From: Trichomonas gallinae
Lineage: Eukaryota
DNA: 64,000 bases
NCBI GenBank assembly: GCA_008369845.1
Contig: MRSU01002690.1
Coordinates: forward strand, 1 to 64,000
Reading direction: 5' to 3'
Position numbers and translations under genes: made by a program. The notes under the pieces are model-generated. The model had not been told where the DNA came from and ran no database searches. It was given only the letters and a program-made list of their open reading frames with translations. Positions 10,515-20,900 of this stretch are shown here, in pieces (the first letter of the stretch is position 1; every line of letters starts with the position of its first letter).

Positions 10515-13100
10515 TTAACATCTTGAAAGGATTCTTACTCTAAGTGCCGCTTTTTGAACTTGCATAACAGAGGACTGTGTGTATGGCAATAATTGTGGTA
10601 TCAATGATGAAGCAATGTTAGAAGGCTGAGGAGACTGAACAATAACTTGAATTAAAAATTCCAAGAACTGTATTTGTCCAAAAGCTCCAACTCTTGCTAA
10701 ACAGCTGACAACTCTCTCAACGATATCAGGTGAGTAGAGCTGGTGGCCAACAGCTGGGCAGTGCTGCATGATCCTTGCGACATCGACAAAACTCTCTGGA
10801 TGTGTTTGATTGGACTCGCTCGCACTTAACTCAGAGAAAATGAATTTTGCGATCAATGGAACAATATTCAGTAGGTGTTTCGTCATGAACAGAGAATCCA
10901 TGGATGCCCAGTGAGATAAAGCGTGTATTGCCTTTCTGTTCCATATCGGGAAGTCAATCATTTCTGATAAATCATGATGCAAGTTTGTTTCTTTCAGTTT
11001 CCAAACACAGAAGCTTGAAACAGTTGGAATTTCGCATAATAAGTCTCTGACTCTTACAGTTGATCCAACTAAACCTCTTGATTTCTCAAGAGCAACGCAA
11101 AGTCCATAGTTGCATGCTGCTTCAATTAACTCTGGCGAATTCTTGATCATGTTTGAAACGATTTGCAAAATGGAGGAACTGTCGTCTTCTTCCGATCCAG
11201 TGATTTGCGAAATTAACGGCTTCAGTAACTCTTCTGCTGCTATTTTCTCTTTTGCGACAACATTCGATGAAACGTTGTTTAAAATCTTCAAAATCTCGGT
11301 GTAATCTGATGCTTTCAAGCACGGGAATTTAGTTTTGTTGCAGATTATATATGAAAGAGGAGCAAATTCTTCGGCGAGATGAACTTGTGATTTAGGACTC
11401 AGCAATGAATATTTGTGGAGCAAACTGAATGAATCGCTAACAACATTATTGGCAATAGTCAATAATTCACTTGAAATTCCAAGAACTGACAATTTATCGT
11501 CATCTTCAGCGTTGATATCATTGGAAATGACAGTCGACAAATCAGTGAATTTCTGCTGAATCAGGTCGAGGTATTCTTTCGCATGCAAGGCGACTTTGAA
11601 TGCCAAATAGACAGCTTTCTTGATGATCTCCTTATTTGCTAATAGAATGGAGCCAATATTGCCTGGAATATGTGCATTAAAAATCGGAATAAGAAGACGA
11701 GGAACGAAAAGAGAAAGAATTGGCGTGGACAACAAATAGTCGATTTTGTTGACTAAGCCTGCATAGCAGCAGAACTTTGGACCAATGGATGATGAGAAAA
11801 GAAGTGACATAGCAACTAGCTGCTGGTGTAGCAAATCATCGCCTGTTGTATTCGTGTCAAACAAAAGTTTTTGAGGAACTGAGTGTAATAATAGACTTGT
11901 TGCGTTTTGTTCAGCGAATGGGGCAATAAACTGAATGAAATTCAGTGTCTGGCGCTTTGACTCTTCGCTAGTTAGTCCATCAATGATTGCTCTCATTCCA
12001 CAGAGATTCTGTATGAGCTGAGGAAGTCTTCTAACCGTTTTAATCGACTTCATGATCAAATTAATTCCATGGACGAATGTTTTATCGTCATTCAGCATCG
12101 TGCACATCTCTTCTGGCGTTGGTGCATGATTCTCTGTGGTGTCATTCCATATGTTGAGTGTCTCGAATCTGGCTGTGATGCTCTTCATGTCGAAATTCTC
12201 CACTTTTTCGACTTGTGGTGCCGGATTCATTGTTTCCAACATTTCTTTGGCCTTTTGGAGCCATTTGTGTTCCAATAGTTTCTTTGCGTCAGGTCTGAGC
12301 TTTGGATTCTTGTTCAAGCACAATTGGAGGAAATCTCGGCAATCTGCGGAGAATCTCGCTGGAATTGGAATATCTCTTGGTCCTGCAATCTGGAACATAG
12401 CTGGCATTGGCGCAAGATCCCATAAAGGTGGCTTTCCAACTAGTAATTCGTGCACTGTCGCCCCTATTGACCAGATATCACATTTTGTATCTATAGGATC
12501 ACCGTTAATGACCTCTGGAGCCATCCAATATGGAGAGCCCGCAGACTCTCTAAGAGTATGCCCGTATTTATCAAGGTCTAAAGCTAGTCCAAAGTCAGCA
12601 AGTTTGCAATTGCTGCCTTGCATCAAGACATTTGCAGCTTTGATGTCGCGATGTATAATGCTCTGGTTGTGTAGGTACTCTAAACCTTGCAATATTTGAA
12701 CTAAGTAAATCGAGCAAATAATTTCATTTAATGGGCCGTATGTTTTAATGATGTCAAGAAGGGAGCCGTTTTCAGCATACTCCATGACAATATGTAATGC
12801 CCCTGCTGAGTCTTTGAATGAATCCAAATATGGAACAATTGCCGGATGTTTCAGACGTTTAAGTAATGTTAATTCTTCTTGAAAGTCTTCAATTGCTTCA
12901 TTGCTGATAAGGCATTTGACTGCAACAGTTTTTGATGTCTCCTGATCGAAGGCTGAGTATACAACTCCAAATGCTCCAGAACCGAGCTCTTCTTTCTTCA
13001 GAAAGCGATCTGGCAGTTTTGCTTGCTGTTTCTTCGGTGTGTGGATGTGCTTTATATTGTTCCTGTTCTCCACTCTACCACGTGCAGCTCGCTTTTCCAT
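10515..13100 (-). CDS. STE-family Ser/Thr kinase, Cdc15/Cdc7/MAP3K-epsilon-like, with C-terminal ARM-like region
   Basis: LGSGAFGVVY, VAVK, HRDIKAANVL, DFG, GSPYWMAPEVI, DIWSIGATVHELLVGKPPLWDLAPMPAMFQI, followed by a long helical tail. First ATG at 13100. Confidence 0.85.
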   Translation of the reverse strand: MEKRAARGRVENRNNIKHIHTPKKQQAKLPDRFLKKEELGSGAFGVVYSAFDQETSKTVAVKCLISNEAIEDFQEELTLLKRLKHPAIVPYLDSFKDSAGALHIVMEYAENGSLLDIIKTYGPLNEIICSIYLVQILQGLEYLHNQSIIHRDIKAANVLMQGSNCKLADFGLALDLDKYGHTLRESAGSPYWMAPEVINGDPIDTKCDIWSIGATVHELLVGKPPLWDLAPMPAMFQIAGPRDIPIPARFSADCRDFLQLCLNKNPKLRPDAKKLLEHKWLQKAKEMLETMNPAPQVEKVENFDMKSITARFETLNIWNDTTENHAPTPEEMCTMLNDDKTFVHGINLIMKSIKTVRRLPQLIQNLCGMRAIIDGLTSEESKRQTLNFIQFIAPFAEQNATSLLLHSVPQKLLFDTNTTGDDLLHQQLVAMSLLFSSSIGPKFCCYAGLVNKIDYLLSTPILSLFVPRLLIPIFNAHIPGNIGSILLANKEIIKKAVYLAFKVALHAKEYLDLIQQKFTDLSTVISNDINAEDDDKLSVLGISSELLTIANNVVSDSFSLLHKYSLLSPKSQVHLAEEFAPLSYIICNKTKFPCLKASDYTEILKILNNVSSNVVAKEKIAAEELLKPLISQITGSEEDDSSSILQIVSNMIKNSPELIEAACNYGLCVALEKSRGLVGSTVRVRDLLCEIPTVSSFCVWKLKETNLHHDLSEMIDFPIWNRKAIHALSHWASMDSLFMTKHLLNIVPLIAKFIFSELSASESNQTHPESFVDVARIMQHCPAVGHQLYSPDIVERVVSCLARVGAFGQIQFLEFLIQVIVQSPQPSNIASSLIPQLLPYTQSSVMQVQKAALRVRILSRC

Positions 13101-13201
13101 TTTCCTAAACGTACACTTTTTACTTCTTGTCACTTTTTAGAAGATATTCAAATCGATTTTAAGACCTTAATAACAAACTTTCATCACTAATACAGAAATT
13201 T

Positions 13202-14083
13202 CTAAGAAGTTGAGTCTAAGCAATATGGAATTAAGCATTCTTCAGCCCATTTTGTAATTATTGGCCGATATTCGTGAAATGTGATGTCTTTTTCTTTATT
13301 GAGATACCCATGTTTCCATATTTTTGAAAAAGTGTTATAGTTAGACTCATAATAAAAGAAACTTTTGACGTTAATATTAAATAATGATTGGATCACTTTC
13401 TTTTGCTGTATAAGTGAGATACATTGAGAAACAGGTACTTTCTCTTCAAATGCGCTATTGATAAGCGAAAATATCTTCATCGCTGAATGAATTCGAAGAT
13501 TTTTACCTGTAATTTTTAGAATAAAGTATTGAGTGGTTCCATATGATTTAATATCTGACATAGAAATATCAACTCTATAATTTGGAAGATTGAAATAGGG
13601 ATTCAATGACATCAAAATATTTCGATATCTTTCAAATGTTGAATTATTTTGTTGTTTAACTACATAGCCAAATGAATGAGAATCTGCGTTCTTGCTAGCA
13701 TTGAATGGCGAGTGTATTGATATTGCATGATGAAAATAAATCTTTTTTTTGTCTTTGTTAGGAAATTTTTTATTTAAGTAATCTACTAGACTATCTATAT
13801 TAGGTTTTTCGACTGATTGAATCTGAAACGCAACTATTTTTTTTAAGCAAATCAAACTTCGATCTGAAACGCTATAATTGATTAAATTAGGATTTTCACG
13901 CTGCATATTTGTGATAAGGCCAATATCTAATAATAATTGTAAAAGATTTGAATCAAACCATTTGTATTCGACGAGAAAATGACTGCAAAGGATAACAATG
14001 GAATATGTTTCACTTATCTTTTTCCCAGGCAATTCATATCTTTTATACTTTGGCTTGAAAAGCAAAGAGAAGAAAGTTCCCAT
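13202..14083 (-). CDS. Hypothetical protein, possible N-myristoylation (MGTFFS)
   Basis: 293-aa ORF starting MGxxxS; no family recognised. Confidence 0.55.
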   Translation of the reverse strand: MGTFFSLLFKPKYKRYELPGKKISETYSIVILCSHFLVEYKWFDSNLLQLLLDIGLITNMQRENPNLINYSVSDRSLICLKKIVAFQIQSVEKPNIDSLVDYLNKKFPNKDKKKIYFHHAISIHSPFNASKNADSHSFGYVVKQQNNSTFERYRNILMSLNPYFNLPNYRVDISMSDIKSYGTTQYFILKITGKNLRIHSAMKIFSLINSAFEEKVPVSQCISLIQQKKVIQSLFNINVKSFFYYESNYNTFSKIWKHGYLNKEKDITFHEYRPIITKWAEECLIPYCLDSTS

Positions 14084-14410
14084 AAATTAAATGAAACAAA
14101 ACAATACGAAATATTTGAATATATTTATAGTGTATCATAATTTAGTTCTAATTTTAGTTTCTCAGCAAAGTCTAAGAGGATTTAATTTTGAGAATTGTCT
14201 ATTGATCATTAAAAGCATTATATACATTGATAATTCAACAAGTATTGTGATTTTGAACGGTTATAGTTTAATGTTTCAAATATAACAAAATTTTATATAA
14301 AAACAAGATGACAAAATATAAGAATGAAAGATATAACTTAGGTAGTATTGGTGATGAGTTTTGTAATTTTAATATATTCTCTTTGATTAATATAATTTTG
14401 CAATATTATC

Positions 14411-15376
14411 TTAAATAAATGTTTCGAGCATTTGAACAGCCTTGAGATTGACAAGTAAGCGTTTCATTGATAAAACGAAATTAAATTGATCATTAGGATT
14501 AAATAAATAACTTACTAAGTTAATCGTTTCCTTTCCCGAGTCAATTCTATGTGGAGGTGATATAGCTTGTAATGATAATAGTGTAAATATTTGTTCGAAT
14601 AAGTACATCATTTGAGTTAATGCTGCATTAAACGTGGAAACATTTGTTTTCTTGTCTTGGTATAGAAGTTCGAATGGTTTTCCTTTGATGACGAAGATGA
14701 TTTTTGATGTAACAATGAAATCATTATTATCAATATTTACACGAGCGAGCAAATACTTAAGATAGCGGCAAATTAGGTATAGTCCAGACTGTACTTCTGA
14801 CTGCGGCACTGGAATTGACTTAAGCGAACCTATTCTGCATGAATTTATTGTTCCGTACATATTATCAAATTGAATAATAAAAATCGTATGTACAGGGAAT
14901 GGTCTAATTGGCCCTGGTTTACGAGGCTCTACTTGTTTTGTTGGTGAAGACAATAATGCTTCCGAATCGTATTTATAATCCTTAAATGTTGAACTTCTCT
15001 CGCGATGTTGGTGTGGAATTTCTATTTCAGGTGCTTTGAAGTTTATATTATCTATTTGTTTGCCTTGAAATTCGAATTTTTTCATGAAATCATTTATGAT
15101 TTTGTAGTATTCGATGTATCTTTCAGTGCAATTATAGCACAGTGGATGCTGTAGATGGATATTGTTTGAATACTGCTTGCTTATTTCTTCTAATTCTTTT
15201 AGTAGATTTGAAGAATTCTCGTCTGAGACTTCCATAATGGATGCAAGCTTAGCAGAATTATTGTCATCTGCAAGATTCGTATCCATAGCAGCCAAACAGT
15301 GACATTCAGAACATACGAAAAATAGGGTTTCTCCCATCAGTAATTTTGGGATGTTTTCTATTGCAAAATAATCCAT
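14411..15376 (-). CDS. ATG6: Atg6/Beclin-1/Vps30-like protein (short form)
   Basis: N-terminal CSEC; HPLCYNCTE (Beclin HPLCEECT); BARA-domain motifs YGTINSCRIGSLKSIPVPQSEVQSG ([25 protein letters not shown]), FNAAL and MKRLLVNLKA. Confidence 0.8.
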   Translation of the reverse strand: MDYFAIENIPKLLMGETLFFVCSECHCLAAMDTNLADDNNSAKLASIMEVSDENSSNLLKELEEISKQYSNNIHLQHPLCYNCTERYIEYYKIINDFMKKFEFQGKQIDNINFKAPEIEIPHQHRERSSTFKDYKYDSEALLSSPTKQVEPRKPGPIRPFPVHTIFIIQFDNMYGTINSCRIGSLKSIPVPQSEVQSGLYLICRYLKYLLARVNIDNNDFIVTSKIIFVIKGKPFELLYQDKKTNVSTFNAALTQMMYLFEQIFTLLSLQAISPPHRIDSGKETINLVSYLFNPNDQFNFVLSMKRLLVNLKAVQMLETFI

Positions 15377-16055
15377 TATATGTTTTTAGAATATATTTCA
15401 TATTTTCGTTGATTTTTTTATTATTGAAGATGTTGGATATGAAAAGTGATGAGTTTCTCGAGCTTATCACAGTTTTTATTCATTCATTATATAAATATAA
15501 ATACATTATCTCATTGTGATTATTATATTAAAAGTCAACATGAAAGAGAAAGCTGTAGCAATAATTTATAATAATTTTATTGCATAAACAAATGATTTTA
15601 AATGAACAATTAGGTAAAATATCTGCCTAGATATATTACAGTAACTATCAGCATAAGTATTCATATAACATCAGCGCAGCGCCATAAAAATGATGAGAAA
15701 GCTTTATCAATTTCACGATGATCTTGACAATTATGCCATATCATAGCTCATAGTACACCCTATAGATGTCTATCTTCATCCTGAATGGAAATAAATCGCT
15801 TGAACATATGAAATCATTAGAATATAATACACGTTTGAACATATGTATCGATTTTCTTTTTAAATTTTTCTGGACATTGAAATGCTTCAAACAATTCTCC
15901 ACTCATTATCTAGAGCAATACTACATAAGAGGATTTTATAATTGAGAATCAAATTATCATACGAGAAATTTCTAAGTCAATATTGATTTTAGCATTTGTT
16001 ACATGGAATGAAAAGTTACAGAGATTTTCTAAAACATAAGTATAGCTTGTATTGA

Positions 16056-17369
16056 TTATTCGACACCGTTGAGAAAATCACCAACCTTCTGAGCCAATAC
16101 TTGAATTTCTTCTGGATAATCATCGTCATTAATAATATCTAAAAGAATTTCATTGATATCGAATGGAATCTGATCATTTTTCGTGTGTATTATTTGTATG
16201 CATTGTAAAGCTTTGTGCACAGCATGTGGATCTGTATCTTCAAGGATTTCAGCAAGAAAATATGGAATATATTTTAATTCTATTGGTGTTTGTATAAAAT
16301 AGCCTCTTGTTATTAGTGAGTGTATCACACTTAATATAACTCTTTTCTCTTTGTAGCTTGAAACTCGATATAATTGAGGTCGACTGAGAAATTGCTTGCT
16401 TGTTATCAATTTGCAGGCTGAATCTGAAATTGAAGCAAGAATAGCCAAAAAATTATAGCATGTCATTGATAATAATGAAGGAACTTCGAGTTTTTCTAAA
16501 ATTCTTTCAACAATTCCTAGACTAACATATTTGTCTGCGATTTCTTGACTCGTGAAGACTGGAATCATGCATTTGATTGATGCTTTTACAGCTCTATCAT
16601 CATTAACGAAAACGAAATTGAAAATTTGATCAATCATTCCGTCTGTACTAAAATTAGTGTAAAATCCTGGTTCTCTAGCAAGAAATGCTCGCAATGCATT
16701 GATTTTGGAAGTTAAATCTGGATCTTCGTTTTTCAAATTTCTAATTAAGCACGCAAAATACATGTACATATCGTTTGCTTCCTGATTTGAGAATGGGTAG
16801 ACCTTTATGAGAGCAAATAAAGTGTTGAATAATGGATATTTAAATAATTCCAAAGATTTGTCTTCATTGAATGATAATTCAAGGATTTTTTGGAATATTT
16901 GAAATACCTGTGCTTTTTCATGCTCCGAAACAGTTAAATCATCAGTGATATAAAGCTCAATTATGTTTAAAATAGGAATAACAGAATCTCTGTATTGAAA
17001 TTGTAAGAAATTTACGATAATTGGAAGTATTTCATAATCAGCGAGGACTTTTCGTGGATGTTCAAGTGTATTTGCGACCTCTTTAATGCAAAAAATGACG
17101 AATTTGATTAAATTTGGATCTTGTTCTTGCAATGCAGGCAATGTAATCTCAACAAGCATGTTGCAGTGCTCATATGTTAAGAATTTGCCGTCCTGTTTTG
17201 AAATAAAACTCATTAATTCTTCCCAATCTTCTAATGATTGAGTTTCTCTGCATTTTTCCATGGTTTGAATCAATATCTGATTTCTATAGTAATCATCATC
17301 AAGGTTTTCATCTGGTATTTGCATATTTAAAGAGTTTTCTTCTGTTGAATCCTTATATTCATCAAGCAT
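16056..17369 (-). CDS. ARM/HEAT-repeat-like hypothetical protein
   Basis: Long helical Leu/Ile-rich ORF with ARM-like segments (YVSLGIVERILEKL, DPHAVHKALQCI). The start could be 17393 or 17369. Confidence 0.6.
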   Translation of the reverse strand: MLDEYKDSTEENSLNMQIPDENLDDDYYRNQILIQTMEKCRETQSLEDWEELMSFISKQDGKFLTYEHCNMLVEITLPALQEQDPNLIKFVIFCIKEVANTLEHPRKVLADYEILPIIVNFLQFQYRDSVIPILNIIELYITDDLTVSEHEKAQVFQIFQKILELSFNEDKSLELFKYPLFNTLFALIKVYPFSNQEANDMYMYFACLIRNLKNEDPDLTSKINALRAFLAREPGFYTNFSTDGMIDQIFNFVFVNDDRAVKASIKCMIPVFTSQEIADKYVSLGIVERILEKLEVPSLLSMTCYNFLAILASISDSACKLITSKQFLSRPQLYRVSSYKEKRVILSVIHSLITRGYFIQTPIELKYIPYFLAEILEDTDPHAVHKALQCIQIIHTKNDQIPFDINEILLDIINDDDYPEEIQVLAQKVGDFLNGVE

Positions 17370-17915
17370 AAAAAATGAACAAATATTTATCATATGCTGA
17401 TGAAAATAACGAATTATTTAGAATGAACCAAACATCTTATGATTTTCAAAATTTTGTCATGTAAAATGTAAAGTCTCATAAATAACTATACATGTCAAAA
17501 ATATTTCTTATCAATACTACATAATATAAAATCAATTAACAAATGGGCAATTTTAATGAGCGCACTATCATTTATAAAATTCATAAGTTTCAGGTTCTAT
17601 TAATATATGTCTTACTTTGTCAAAACTAACTTTTGCTCAATTTTTTTTATAGAATTCGTACGTTAAAATAAGGTTCTATACTTTACACCTTAGTTATCAC
17701 AGCACTTTATATATTATATTTCATAAGCATATAGATTAGGCCATAAGTAATTTTATTTTACTATAGGTGTGTTTCTTAAAATGAAGAGTCGTTACTAATT
17801 TATTTCTTGCCATGTAAAGATATTAATATCAAAAATAAAATGATATTTGCCACGTAAAATGTAAAGTGTAAAATTTTTCTCTAAAATCCAAAATCGTTAA
17901 AAAATTAATATATAA

Positions 17916-20900
17916 ATGACGACGGAGGAAAATGTTATTGTTCGCTCTGAGGCTCTCCTCGACAGGGTCAGGACGCAGATGAGCCAGGGAAGCATCATAG
18001 CGCCCAATATTAAGATCGAACAGACTCTTCCTTTTGTGCCACAACTTGATGAATCTATGGGAATCAGTTCAGCCGGCGGTGGCGCTGAGCCACCTTTGTC
18101 TCCAGTCAAACCACCACCTGGCGACCCGCAAACTCAAACAAGATACAAACAATATTTCATTTCTGGAAAAGTTGAAACAGAATCAGTAACAACTCACGAA
18201 TACTACATCCACGGATCTGTTCCATCATCACCAGGCTCACAATCATTACATCCAGTCTCTAGATATCAAACAGCAAGAAATAACAATCGATTAGAAAATC
18301 CTGATGAAGAAATTCCAGATTTAAACACAGAATTCGTTATTACAAAGCCAGGCTGCTATCATCTTACAAAAACTCCAGAAAACGTTACTAAAAATATGTA
18401 TATTAAAGCAAACCAACTTCCAGACAAAGTACAGCACAAGACGCCACTTCCTGGAGGAAGAGACATTGCCGCCGAGGGTTACTTCGTTCCTAACGAGCCG
18501 TTAGTTAAAAAATCAAATAAAACGAGATTAGAGAATCGTCTGCTTTGGGATGATCCAAATGGACAATATTTCTTCGGTGCAGATGGAAATATGAGAAATG
18601 ATACACCAAATGTCGTTGAAATTTCACCAGATTTTCCAATTAAAGCCAAAAAAGGCGATATTCTCAAAGAACCGGAGATCAAACCAGAAGATCAGCTTGA
18701 GTTCAACCCAGCTGCGATCTGGGGAGTACAAGATGTCGATGTTTCAAGAATGATTCGCATTGAAATTGCAAAAATTCATTTCCTCATTCATCCGCTTTCA
18801 TCTATCGAAGATTTACTTGATAATCGCATCAGACAACTCTATGGAGCTCTTATGCAAGACGCTGACGCTCCAATCTCAAAATATTACAAGAATCGCATAA
18901 AAGCATTAAGAAACGAAATGGCTCGCTGTGATGAATCACCACAAGGCCTTGCTAAAGAAAAGCAGCTTCTCGAAGAAATCCTGATGTATCATCACGCAAA
19001 AGACCAAGCTGAAGCAAATCTCAGGAAACAACGCGAAGAATTAGTCACAACATACAAAGAACTTCAAGACTACAGGAAACAAGTCGGTTTTGGCGTCCAC
19101 AGCCTCGGCCTTAAGTGGCAAGTGAGAAATTTCACCCAAGCTGAGAAAGAGAAGCAAGAACAGAATTTCGAGAACCACCTCGGCCACAGGGCAGAGGAAG
19201 TCGTTAGATTGGCACAGCTTTCCGGTGAAGAAAAAGATATTGATACAGTTATCGAAGAATTGAGACAGAACCACGCGAAACTCGGCTTGCATTTGCCAGG
19301 AGATCCTCTCTGGAGGCCAGTTCTCACAGAAAACGAGGAAATTACTCCATTGATTAACTGCCCAGAGAGAGAAAAACAGAGAAGACAAAGAATCCAGCAG
19401 GCAAAAGTCTACGTTAGAGTCAAAATAGGCGCTGATACAAACATTACTTCAATGATTGTCCCGTTGGACAGAGATTTCGTCGCATTACCAGATCTCGCAA
19501 TCGAAGTTGAAGTGACAAAGGTACCAGAAAACGTCATCTGCGAAGTGTGGGAAACTGGATACGTGAGAGCCAGACTCATCGCCACAGTAAACTTCACGAC
19601 AACAGTAGGTATGCCAACTGATGACGAAGTTTACGAGTTTACAGCACAGCCACCAGGTGGAAAAGGCAGAATGATTGTCGGTAATGTCTACGCAAGATGC
19701 TTCGTCAAGCCATGCCCAGAAGAGAGAATTTTAGTCAAACCAGCCGCTCAATCCGACGAACAAAAGAAGCAGTTAGCACAGGATCCATCGCGCTTCATGA
19801 GCGTTCCTAAGCTCCTCGAGTGGGCAGACACACATGATCCAAACGATCCATATGTCTCTTCGATGCTTGCTGGCGTCAAAGCGCAGAGGAATGCTGAGAG
19901 AGTTGCAGGAAGATTCAAACTCGATCCAATGCAAGAACAAACTCTGTTTTCCAGCTTTGCTCCTTCTACAATCACGCAGCAGATACAGCAACACATCATC
20001 CGCATACAGAGGCAGCAGATAGACGAAGAGATGAGGAGAATGAAAGAAGAAATCGCTGAGGAAGAAGAAGCCAAAATCGACGACCAGTTAACTCTCAATA
20101 ACATCGTCCAGCAAATCGAGCCACCAACAGGCGCATCTATCTGGAGGTGGATCAAAGACTTCTTCAGGAGAAGGAGACCTCTGCAGCCAGTCGCTGAAGA
20201 TGGAATTCCAACAAACGCACTCTGCGAATATTCGCAGCTTGTCATCAGAATCTTCAGGGCTGTTAATGTTCCGCATAGAACACAGTTCGGATTAGGACCG
20301 AATAACTTCGACGGCCACAGACAGTTGTTCTTGAGAATCTGCTTGGACAACGATGTCAGACTCACAAGAATTGCAGAGAACGACTGGAATGAGCTCATCA
20401 GGTTCAATCTCGTCAATGAAGGCGAAGAGATTCCATCGATGAATGACGTCGCTTCCAAATTGATAAGAATCGATTTATTCGACAGAGTTGATTTCGCTGA
20501 AGATTTCTTCGAGGAAAGATTCTTGGGATCTTTAGAGTTGCCTATGACAGCTGTTTGGGCAACAGGCGAACTTACAGGAATCTTCCCGCTCAACACTCCA
20601 CCGATTCAACTTGCTTATTTCGCAGAAAACAAGAAGCCAATTGGTTTATATGCATCCATAGCTATCAAGCCAAGAATCGCTGACCCACCAACAGCAAATC
20701 CATTCACATCACTCGAATCACTCGAAATTAGAGAACGCGCAAACAGGTTTTACAACAAGCTCAATTCCAGAGAGTTCGATTATCCACGCTCATTCAGAGT
20801 CATGTGCGCGAGAGAGGATGGACTTTCTGTTTTGTGCTGCAGGCTGATCTTCAGCTTAGTTCCTCCAGAACCGATCAAGACACCACTCCAGGCCATCAGA

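Noticed and set aside
19748..20596. 282-aa minus-strand ORF inside CC2D2A, and the many similar short ORFs nested in the kinase, dynein, HEATR5 and Sec24 genes
   Set aside because: Antisense or alternate-frame ORFs expected from codon bias; mostly non-ATG starts and no recognisable motifs.
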